From Macrostomum lignano (taxonomy: Eukaryota): DNA of 64,000 bases. The notes under the pieces were generated by a model. That model searched no databases and was not told the DNA's origin. It saw only the letters and a list, made by a program, of their open reading frames with translations. The stretch lies in NCBI GenBank assembly GCA_002269645.1, contig NIVC01003111.1:1-64000 (forward strand), written 5' to 3'. This document shows, in pieces, positions 1 to 12,200 of this stretch. A program made the translations under genes and the position numbers. Position 1 is the first letter of the stretch. Every line of letters begins with the position of its first letter.

Positions 1-221
1 AGCCTCACCGTTCAGTCACTCTGAGTGCATCGTGATTCACATTCTCGCAAAGCGTACCCTGCGTGAAGTCCCCCATTTTCTCTAGATGCGGACCATTGTC
101 AATCTCGACAGGTTTACTTCCAGAATTTACAGCTTTCTATAAGTATCAATGATCATGATACCACCAAAATTTCCAATAGCGTTCCATCATTTTCCTGTAT
201 TCAACTTCCCATACGCTTCAG

Positions 222-3200
222 CAAAACTCGACAATCATAGAAGAATTCATGTTTCTACAGCACAGCTAGACTTGTTCGGAAACTCTGCAGGTAAGACGGG
301 ATCGGGATCAGGGATCGGATCAGGGATCGGATCAGGATCGGATCAGGGATCGGGATCAGGGATCGGGATCAGGGATCGGGATCAGGGATCGGGATCAGGG
401 ATCGGGATCAGGGATCGGGTCAGGGATCGGGATCAGGGATCGGGATCAGGGATCGGGATCAGGGATCGGGATCAGGGATCGGGATCAGGGATCGGGATCA
501 GGGATCGGGATCAGGGATCGGATCAGGGATCGGGATCAGGGATCGGGATCAGGGATCGGGATCAGGGATCGGGATCAGGGATCGGGATCAGGGATCGGAT
601 CAGGGATCGGGATCAGGGATCGGGATCAGGGATCGGGATCAGGGATCGGGATCAGGATCGGGATCAGGGATCGGATCAGGGATCGGGATCAGGGATCGGG
701 ATCAGGGATCGGGATCAGGGATCGGGATCAGGGATCGGGATCAGGGATCGGGATCAGGGATCGGGATCAGGGATCGGGATCAGGGATCGGGATCAGGGAT
801 CGGGATCAGGGATCGGGATCAGGGATCGGGATCAGGGATCGGGATCAGGGATCGGGATCAGGATCGGGATCAGGGATCGGGATCAGGGATCGGGATCAGG
901 ATCGGGATCAGGGATCGGGATCAGGGATCGGATCAGGGATCGGATCAGGGATCGGGATCAGGGATCGGGATCAGGGATCGGGATCAGGGATCGGGATCAG
1001 GGATCGGGATCAGGGATCGGGATCAGGGATCGGATCAGGGATCGGGATCAGGGATCGGTCAGGGATCGGGATCAGGGATCGGGATCAGGGATCGGGATCA
1101 GGGATCGGGATCAGGGATCGGGATCAGGGATCGGATCAGGGATCGGGATCAGGGTCGGGATCAGGGATCGGGATCAGGATCGGGATCAGGGATCGGGATC
1201 AGGGATCGGATCAGGGATCGGATCAGGGATCGGGATCAGGGATCGGATCAGGGATCTTCTTATCTCGCTTTCCGTTACCAATTAGGGTCGCAACGCAAAG
1301 TCAATCGAGGTGGTCACAAAGCGGCTCAACTACCTCACCTGGGATGAGGCTTTCATCTGCCTCACTGATGAGGATCTGCCGGACCAGCTGCGAGCCAAGT
1401 ACTGCGAGCTCATCACCACCATGTTCGTAGACGTTGACGACAACATCAGCGTGCTGGACAGGATCGACCTCACATTCGTATATGACGATGTTTCAAAGCA
1501 TTCGCAGGCCAAGACGAGTGAAATGGTAAGTTGAGCTCTAATTTATTAAACTGAATTGATGGCTTTGAGAAGCTGCTTCGCGCTTGCCGGGAAAGGAATT
1601 TAAAGTTTCTAAGCTTAGAATTATTGTATTAAGAGCAACAAACTCACTCAACTCTTCCCGCAGACGACTCTGAGAAACGCCTCAACCAGCGCTACTTCCC
1701 AGCCTTGCGCGACTGGTTGGCCAACTTTCTGGACCAGAACCACGACATGACGGCCTCGGAGGTCGGGCACAACATTCTGCTTGCGCACGTGATGCAGATG
1801 CTGCATTATCTGGTGAGGTTCGGATACTACAACTCCACCACCGACATCAAGAAGCTTCTCAAGCCGCTGCTGGATCTGCTGGACGGACGAAACGACAAGC
1901 CACTGCCAGAGGTGCATAATTTATTGTAGTCCAGGCTTCACAGCCTTTAGCAAGAATCCTGATCTTTTCCTGAGGAATAATGGGTCTAATTTAAAAATTA
2001 CTTTAATCCATTTAACTTGCAATTTGATCCACACTGACAATTGCAAATTTGATTCCGGATATCTGGGACGCTTTTCGATGCTGTATTTCAAACTGCGATC
2101 CCATGGCCGCACTTTCCAGGCGCCTTCTCCGGCGGGATGGTGGCAGATGTGGCAGGAAGTAAATCAGCATTTTTGGCTTTCTAGAGTCAAATATTTATCA
2201 GCATTTTAAAACTATAGACTTCTCTGCTTGAACTATTTAAACTGTACTTTACCATTCTCTACGATACTCTTACATCATTTCGTACACAAACGTACCGCCA
2301 GTTCTGTACACTGCCAAAAACTTCCTTGACCTATCCTGGAACTTAAATTTACTTGCTTCGCTAAAATGTTTTATAGAACAAACGTCTGACGCTACGGCTT
2401 GTAGTTTGAGAGCCGACGAACCTTTTTGCGAACACGTAGTTTAGTTTTGATGTCAAATTCCGAAACTAATTCCGAATCGAATCTACAATCTGCAGCTGCC
2501 ACAACTGACTATGACAAAGTGCTGCAGCACTACCAGACGGTGGATCGCTACAAAAAATCCAGGGAAACGAAGGCTGTGGTCGATGCAAAGCACCAGTAAG
2601 TTGGGGCGTTTACAAAACTGCCGGTTGACGTGTCAGTATTAGTGAAAGAAAATGGTGACACCTTTCAGAGCGATGCGAGTTCTGGATCTGTTTTTCAACT
2701 TTCGATTCAATGTTCGCCTAAAAAGGTTTGTGGCTGAGTTCAAGGATGTTCAGTTTATGGCGCAGAATACCTTGAGTAGCGCTCAGGATCCACTTGCTGG
2801 CTTACTGAACGAGAATTACGACCTAAATAAAAGGTGAGCTGATCCGTTCAAAGCTTGCTAGTCTCATACTTTATGGAGTGCATACAAATATAGCCGTGAT
2901 GAAGTAACCTGTTAACCTTATTCAGCATCGATACGGTTGCGAGTCAGCGACTGGCAGAAATGTTCACCGAGTCCTCCTATTTCAAGGACTTCGACATCGT
3001 CAATGTTTTGCTCGTACGTCTTGATACGCTCGACAGTTACAAAAAAATGCATAACGTATAGGGATAAGTTAGGCTTTTCCGAAAATTTAAAAGCACCACG
3101 TTTCAAAGCTTCTTTTGAAACCGCTGCAGGACCTGAGCCACTATGAGTACCCGAAGATGGTGCAGATGTCAATGTGGCTGCTCAACCGTTACTACTCAGC

Positions 3201-6200
3201 GCACAACCTGCTGTTCAAGCGAGCAGTGCTGGCCAGGTGCTCATCACGGACAAGTCGGTCGCGGTGCACAAAATGGTGGACGATGAAAGTCACGTGATGC
3301 GCCGGCTTATCGGCTCCAAGATGACAGACTCCGATGTGGAAAAGATGTGCTCCATTCTGTCTAAATTTAGCAGGTAAATTAATTATAAAACAGATTTATA
3401 AAACTAATACAAAGCTAGCTACGCATCCATGTTACAAAAGGCGTATAGCCTACTCGTAGTGATGACACTTCATGAAGCCCAACAATTATTCAGATAGCTG
3501 GGAAAACGTTATGAATTGACAAAGCGATCAATACACCACTTACTCGTACGAACTCATCAGGGTCTGCCACCTTGAAGAGGAGCCAGAAGAGAGGCACCCG
3601 ATGAACCAGGCGATTCTGTACAACCACGGACTTCTCAACGATATTTTCGATCTAGTGTCTCAGGACATCGACATCAACCTGCTGGTAATTCGGTCGAGCC
3701 GATTTAACTTACCGTATCGAATCATCAAAATTGAACTGCGATGCCGTGAAATGCTGTATTCCAAGGTTTTAAGAGTTCGTTCGGCCTAACGCAAATGAAC
3801 TAGAAATTTTCTTTAAAGACCATGTTACTCAGGACTAAATTTGAAACGGCCCCAACATACATATTCCCATAACTCAAGAACGTTGTTGTGGACAACGAGA
3901 CGAGATTAAATGTTCAGGTAAGAGCAAGTCTTTCCTATTGATTGCACCATTGACAACCAGAAGCCCGGAGATTTTTTCTCAACCCATCACGCACACGGTT
4001 TGTCTAACCAGGCTGGCTTTGCAAGGCCAGCCTGCCATGAGCTGTTCAGTCCATCGCACTTTTCTCAGCGTTTCATTGCACCAACCGGAAAAGTTTTTGT
4101 CTCAAATTACCTCTCAATCTTGAAACCAATGAATACATTGCCGTTTTGTCTCATTTTATTTGCCAAGCTGTCTTGCCAGTTCCATTTCCTAGACATAAAC
4201 TTCAAATACGTAGCGGTTCAAATTCTACCAAATCGTTAACACTTCTTTGCCACCCATTTGCTTCTTCAAGACCGCGCGCAATTCAAAAAAACAAAAGAAG
4301 AAAAAGGTATATTTTCCTCATTTGTAGATGAGCATCTGATGCACACAGAAAAAATTTGAAGCTGCTTCCTTGAGTTTTCGATTCACCACCTGCTTTATCG
4401 CACAGTACTACAGAGTACCTGTAGCCTGTTTTGTACAATGCTAAGGATAGAATGTTTCTTTACTGAAAATTACACCCAAAAACTGTACATGAAATGTTTT
4501 CGCACGGCACATTTGAAGTGCATTTAGTAGCTGTCTAAAAACATTACATGATAGCCAAATACGTAAAGAATTTCACTCGGATTTACTAATTGTCTAATTT
4601 TTTGTTGTTTAAATAACTGACGTTGTTGTGCTCACTTAACTCTACTTTTCCTACTCTTTCTTTAATAACTGAATTTTCGCAGTGCTACGTACAAAATGCT
4701 TAAGTTATTGCGAATTCGCTTCAGGACGAGTACAGCGGACTTCGCAAAGTGTTCGCCAAGTGCTTCAGTCTGCTGCGCCTCATGGCCAGAGGAAACGCGG
4801 TCGTACAAAACCACCTGTTCGATCGCCTGGACGCCCTGCTGAGCTGCGTTGGCGCCGAGTCCGAGCTGGCCCTGGCTCTCGCTGAGGTGTTCACTGGAAA
4901 CAAGAACACCTGCATGAAAGTTCTGCCGCATCACATTGCCAGAACTATGTCACTGATTGCTCAGCATGGGCCGAGAGCCCCAGAGTTCCTGGACATGCTC
5001 AACGCTCTGGTGAAGGTGGAGGAGCTGGACTTGCCGCTCAAGCGCAACCAGGCCTACGTGATGAAGTACTTCATGCAGCAGCGAACGGACGTGGCTGAGT
5101 GCCTGGACCAGGACAAAGAGGTCCAGCAGGGTCTGCTGCGATCGCCAACTCGCACGCCGGAGTCCGACTACATGATCGCTCTGGTCGACCTGCTGGCTAC
5201 CTGTGCTGAGGGCGAGAACCGCTTCATCGAGTCCATCAACCAGACCATCTACAAGGTGAGCGACGTGCTGGCGATTCTGACGGACCCCGCCATCCCGAAC
5301 CACAACAAGCGGCCATTCGCGCGCTTCCTGCTGTGGGTCTACCTCAACACGGCCGGCGGGATCATCGAGAGCGGAGCCGGAGACCTGCCGCACGACGCCA
5401 ACATGTGGCAGCTGTTCGGCATGGTGAGGGAGGACCTGAGGCGCATGGCGGAGCTCGCCGTGGAGAGCCCGCAGCTTGTTCGACAGCTGCTGAAGATTCG
5501 CGTCTTCAAGAAGTGAGTTTATCAGTTGTCACAGCTATAAAAAACGAACAGCAGACTGTCTCTTTGTTGCGGAGCACCAACTGTCTTCTGTCACTAGTAA
5601 GACAGATTCTAGAAAAAAACATTTCACTGTTGTGAATCCAATACGTATCAACTGCCTCCACCAGGACTTTCTCACTCAGAGACAGCCCAACACCCGAGAC
5701 CTTGACCGAATCGCTCATTCTCAGCTCTACTAGAGTGCACTAAGAAATTGCTCACGTAACCGGATCTAGCTTCGCAAAGACAATACAGTTTGATGCCATA
5801 TCGCGCTTTCTTGGATGGGATATATTGACGAAACATGACGCGACCCCTGAACAGAACAAGCTCTTCGTCGACACTAATTTCCTTTTCTGGCATGTATGCA
5901 CTGCGACAAATCTCAGCTACACGCGTAATAAATGGTCTTGCCTTTGCTAGCAAGTCGTTTCCATCGAAGTTGTTGCAGTCATAGAAGCGCAGCTGGCTAC
6001 TGATCTGTTGGTACCTGTCCCTTGTCAGGCAAGCGAGTTGTTGGAAGAAAGGTGTTGCGTAGAAATCATCTTTGCTCCAATAGTTGGCGATCTCGGGCTT
6101 TTTAACTATTCCCATGTAAAGCAACATGGCGACAAACTTTCTTCATCTCGTCCACGGTCACGTTTTTCCACGCAGAGAACCTTTGAGGCAGGTTTGGCAT

Positions 6201-9200
6201 CGATGCTTGTAGCTCGTCGAATTTGCGCCATTGGTCCAAGCGCAGAACTGTTGCAGCAGGTCAGCAGTCAGAAACAGCTTGAAAAACGCAGCTGGATCGT
6301 CATCAGCAGTCTCTGGCCTCGGCAAGTCAGGATCCACACCAGGCATTCCCCAGAACTCGGGGTCTGCATCTGGCCGTTGATCCTGCCCAGCTTCCCGTGC
6401 CACCCAAGCATCAGTTGACAAGTCTCCGACGTCTTCATTTGGCTGGAGATGCAGGTCCTCCTCCTCTTCATCTTTACCCTTGTCCGCTGTTAGCCAGCCT
6501 TCCTCCTCCTCTAGTTCGGAGTCGGTATCCGGATCAAAATGCATTTGAGCCGCAGCCATGACAAACACTGTCCGACACTTGGAAATTATTGCACAAAATA
6601 AAGTTGCTGATCGATGATTTAATTAATCAGCACTTGACTTTGATCATTTAGCTTCAAACTTTACCCACCCACCCGTCCATCCACCCCACTCCACTTTGTT
6701 TTTTGCTTTTATGTTTATCGTTTATTGCTACGAGTATAAGCTAATCCGCCGGCTATCGCTGGGTACGGGGGTGTAAAAATATTCTGTAATAGTCTATGGC
6801 CTGCTTGGGTTAACTTGAGCTGTTGTTCGTCCACGTCAGCAAGCGAGCTATCTGTTGTTATTTAGCACAGCGGCATTTATACCTGAGCAAGTTTGCTGTT
6901 CCAGTTCTGTCCACAGACACTGTTGCACTGCGTTGCAGGAAGCAGCCAAGTCTGCAAGTGATCGACTATGAGGCTCAGAACCCTGTGCCGGTGAAGATTC
7001 AAATGTAATGTAATATCCAAAAATTCATGCATCAATTTTGTTGCCAACGGCATGAGTGTATACAGAAATATCAATATTATTAGTCGTATAGCCGCGATTG
7101 CCATTCCTAATAACGGATCAAAAATCACAATCATAATTCCTTTTTCACGCATGCTTGTGCAAGTATTTATTACTAAATTATTACTCATTTTTCTCCCTAT
7201 GCGGGCTTACATTATTAGCCGCATCTGCTGACAATACCGCTTTCAGGCACAAGAGGCACTCCTCAAAGAGGAGGCGATCGCACAAGCACAGGCTGGAGTC
7301 GCTGCCCCAAGTGTAATATGAAAATCTGCTCCGCATGCGCTCTCCTCTGACCTTTGAGTGCCGTGGGGTGGTAGTTCCGCTTTCGGTTTTAATCTGCTTT
7401 AGATAGCTCGTCCCTGTCGCAAGCATCCCTGAGTTTGTCTCTTCTCTGCTAGCTTTAAGATACTCGTAGGACTTTTGGTTAATGCAGAGCAGTGAGATTC
7501 AGCTGACTCATGCTTTGCAGTTTTACCTTAACTTTTTTGTATTTTCATCGGAACTGAAGTCTCTGAGCCACTGAAATCTGAGCCACTTCGGGTTACTGAG
7601 CCCGTTTCCATTTTCGATTTTCCTGATCTAAGAATTAGTAGATATGTGTCAAATAGAAAAATGCACTTTTACTCATGCTAAAAAGTACATGATACCCTTT
7701 CTGTTTTATTGATGCTGTGCCTGCAAAATTTGATAATCAGAAAGTTAATAGGAGAACCGTCCCGTTGCAGCGAGATGGAAGACCCATCCAGCAAGGAGAA
7801 GCAGGACATGACAGACGAGGCTGCTCACGGCACCCTGAAATACCTGTTCGAGGGAGCCCTCCCCGTGGTCAATGTACGTACAGTAAAATTACGCGCACAG
7901 GTTGCCTTAAGATTGTTCAGTAAATAACCACTTGAAAATTCTCTTCTAGGCCTTTTTCAAGAGCATTTACATCAAGGACTTGGAGGATCACCCGAACGAA
8001 ATAGAAGAGATTAACAAACTCGCCAAGATTCTCATCGTAAGAGAAAAAGATGTCCTTTGATGGTAGAATCTGTTTTTTTACCCATGATACAAAAGATTCT
8101 GCTAATTTACTGGCCTGCTGTCCCGTTTACGCAGAACTTCATCGAAGCAGCAATGCCACTAATCTCGGAGGAAAAGTACGTAAAGTACCTGCTGAGCAGT
8201 GCAACCAGCCTGCTCACAGTTTGCACCCTGCCTGCTAAAGTGAGTAGCGCTGAAACTGGTTGTTTGAAAAAAAAAAGCAAAACATATTTCATACACAGTG
8301 TTGATTGTTTTTCAACAAACACCTACAGGACAGGCAAATTAGCAGTCTAAAGGTGAAACAAAAGGTTTGAATGGGACAGAAGTTACAATACTTTCTTGAA
8401 TCTTAGTTACCACGAACACTGATTCCTGGACAAATTAAATTAATAATTAAGCATTATAGCGCTACGGAAATTGCATTATTGATTATTGATATAAGTCCGA
8501 CCGAGCTTGTAATCTATGCTCTAAAAGACTCAGCTATCAAAAATGCTAATATTGATTTTTGGATAATACTTAAGATGAAAGGCGCCAATGTGCAGTAGTT
8601 TTCTCTGATTTATGACCGAAATTGTACCTCGTACAGTAAGACTTGTGCATTGTGCGCCTTCGTAATATAAAATTCACTTGATTCTGACATCTGACAAAGC
8701 GACAAAGCGAAAAAATGAAACTCATCAAACGATTCGATGAAATGCCTTTTGAATTTCCGAATGGCTTCTAAAACATTAATGGCCTTTCCTTTCTCCGATC
8801 AAACTCTGACAGGCTATTGAAGAATTTCGCGGAAAATACGGAGGAGGCGTCCAAATCAACTGGGACGTCAGAAGCGAGGCTCGAAAGGTGCTTAAGGAAA
8901 CAGATTGTATTTTTGAAAAGGCATTATGAACAGAAAATTTGAGAAAAAAATATTTAATCTAATAAACTTCAGCGATACGAAGAGTACTACTCATCCGAGG
9001 AGGAGCTGAACGTGCAGCTAAACGTGTTTGCAACCAACTACAGCATCTCTTACGGAGGCGAGAACACCGTCAAAGACCAGATCGGCTTTCCCAGCGACCA
9101 GGGTTCGTTTAAGAAGTTGATGCGCTTCTTGAAGACAGAAGTATTTAACCTAGGCGTTTTTACCCTTAGTCATTTTCCTTTAGTTTTCTACCTGCCATCC

Positions 9201-12200
9201 CGCCCTTGTAGTGTTGCCGGAAGATTATAGTAGTACATTATACTCGATGAAAGTCTACCAGAATGTGGAAACATTTTTGATTCAATAAGTTCTTATCAAG
9301 TTTGCAAGTAAACCGATCAAATAAGCTAGGAATATATGATGGACTCTTTTAATTCCTAGTGCAATGCTTCACGCTATGACAGTTCGAAATCCAAACTCCA
9401 AAACCAATCCAAACCACGCCAGAATACACTGGAATTGGCAGCGACGAAGAGCTCCCTCTCGGCAAGGAGTTCCAGGACCACGCGGCCTGCTTCATCGATG
9501 CCAATCGGCCGATCTCGGACCCACAAAAGTACAAACTTACTGGGAAGCTCGTGGAACAGCTTTTGTGAGTAAAAGATATGCTTTGTTTTGAGCTTATATG
9601 CTTGACGCACGTGTCTACATATTGCCACTTGGAAATTGCCATCATTGACAGCATCTCCAACCAGATGGAGCTGAGCAATGAGAAGGAGCGCATTGAGCAG
9701 GAGATCCTTGACGTGAAGTGTCTTCAACTGCTGCGGGCCATCATACACAACGAGATTGTCAAGCTGCCGACCAACTTTGACACCGTCGACTTCAAAGAGT
9801 AAGTGCCTTTTTTGTCTGCTTTTTCTCTTCTGGGAGTCTCACATGAGCTTTAAATGTCGTTGCAAAAAATCGCCTTCCATGTTCACTTCTATCTGAGCCT
9901 ATTAGTGCACTGCACTGCATTAGCAAGCCGCTGGTCTTTCAGAATGGCTGGTCGAGGAAAGAAACTATATTACAGGTAAAGGTGCATTCGTACCGACAGT
10001 TATGTGGAATGCATCAACACTGGTAGCATTAAATGTGTCTTGAAGTTACTCTGGTAACCTTTTAAATACTATCTGATAAAAATTTTCTATTTAATGATTG
10101 TACGCTTGTAGAAGCGAAGCTTTATTATACATAATTATATATCGCGTGATTTTAATTAACACCGAAATGTGTTTTAAACATTTGTGGATTAATCATAATT
10201 CAGATAGCAGATGGCGATTAACGCATTTCAAGGCAGCAATCAAGGCATTCGAGCAGTTCAATTTTGTTCATCAATGAGTGGTCAGGGTCTTTTACCTGTA
10301 GTTCTGGTATGAAATTTACTCAAATTGACGACATGCTGACTGTGGTAAAAGGATTGTGCTGATTGTGGTAAAAGGCTGTCGTTGAAATTAAATACATTTT
10401 TCTGAGTCATTCTGGACTTATATTCTGGCTGCCATCTATTAACTCTGGAAAACACTTCCAGATCTGAACTTTGAGATTGGTCGTACCTTCCTTTTTTATT
10501 TGTCAGTTTGTTGATACTCAACATCTAATTGTGATTAAGTGGGCCGCCTTGATTCGTCGCTCACTAATGTTCGTTGAGCCTAATTTTGAAAATCGATTGC
10601 TGCGCAGTTAAATCGATAAAAATCGCGCTGACTTCCAGACGAATCGCAGCGATCGCTCAGGTGCAGATGGCGCTAAACAAGCACGACGCCATGCTGAAAG
10701 TGCTGCCGCACTTATCCAAGCAGTCGGACGAGATCGTGCGCGAGGTGCTCAGCTTCCTCGCCAACATGCTGTTCAACGGCAATGAAGAGGTCCAGGGCAG
10801 CCTGCTGGACTATTTCTACGGCACTCGCGAGGAGAAGTTCTTCGTGGCAGTGAAGAACCGGATCAGCATGTCCTCCATGGCCTGGAAAGAGAAGTGAGAG
10901 CAATGTATTTTGTTTTATCCCTCACCTCTACTTACCTTTATGATAGGTTCGAAGCACTATTCTGTTGAGCAATCCTTTAATCTCACAGCCGAGCCCTCAT
11001 CAATCAGCATCAAGCGAAAATCGAGGAAGCCATCGCTGAGCTGCGAGACCTTCAACAGGCAATGAAGGAGGGCCGGATCTCAGCAGAGGCGCTCCAGGGC
11101 AGCAAGATGGGCTCGATGCTGCTCAATCTGAAATCAAGCAAGGGCAGCATCACTGGCAGCGGGGCTCGAATGCGGGGCAGCCGGAGCTACGCACTTGGCA
11201 GCACTGCGGAAATGCGGCGGCGGCAGACTCGAAATCAAGGATCAACGGCTCAACTTCGAGCATCTCGCAGCAACCTGCATGACGTCGGCGGAGGCGGTAT
11301 TCGCAACCACGGTTTTACTGGCGATAGTCGAGGCCCAGGCTCCACGGACTCAACTCGTCAGCTGATCAGAGGTGACGCGACGGAGATGCAAAACATGGGC
11401 CAAGAGGCACCGAGCCACGCCACAGGCAACCGGGTGGCGCCAGCCGACGCGGCCACTTCAAACATTGACGAGGGTGACATTGAGGAACTGGCGACGCGGA
11501 TTGTAATGGAGGATGAGAATATGCAGATGAAGGACGACGGCTACATTGAGCTGGTGCTCCGCGTGCTCGCTTATGTATGCGACGGGCAGAACACTAAGCT
11601 GCAGGACTACCTGAGAGAGCAGCCGGACAACATCAAGTCTATCAACCTGGTGGCGGAGACTTCACGTTTCCTCGGTCTCACCTACACAGCCATCAACAAG
11701 TCAAGTATATCGCTAATAATTCAAATATTTGACTCGCTGGTCGAGTTTGCCTCTGGAAACCTCAGCAATCAGGCCGTGTGCTACGACAACAAGGTTTGTG
11801 ACTACATTAACTACTTGCTACGGTCTAAGCAATCCTATTCAAAGTGCGGTCTGCAAGAGGAAATGGATTTGAAGAGATCCATTGCGAACCTCATCGTGGC
11901 CATGATCGAAGAGAATGTTAAACGTGACGCTGAGCGCGACGCCTCTGAGCAGGCGGTTGTCGGCGCCGCGGGAATCTCGCATTTGGAGAAGAGGCTGAAA
12001 GCCATCGCGGGGGTTGCCGATGAAGTCAAAGACACAATCGATGCCGACAGCATTCTGAATGTCTTTGTCGACTGCTATAGGCGACATCTGGACGCCGCGC
12101 TGGACAGAGACACGCGGGAGTCGATTATAGCTGTGGGATTCAAGTACTTTCACATCTTCCTGCGTTTCCAAGATCTCGATCATATGAAGACCGTTAACTT

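Noticed and set aside
149-1285. 378-aa [14 protein letters not shown]
   Set aside because: It is the translation of the intronic GGGATC satellite. True exon boundaries at 290 and 1286 match the paralogs.
3225-3240. Programmed ribosomal frameshifting or RNA editing at the -1 sites
   Set aside because: Sites differ among paralogs, lack slippery heptamers, and are all homopolymer contractions; sequencing error is simpler.
4950-5393. Long antisense ORFs over GC-rich exons (also 11839..12264, 26091..26501, 32759..33559, 44607..45050, 51913..52422)
   Set aside because: Shadow frames of high-GC3 coding sequence. They recur only because the sense exons are duplicated.
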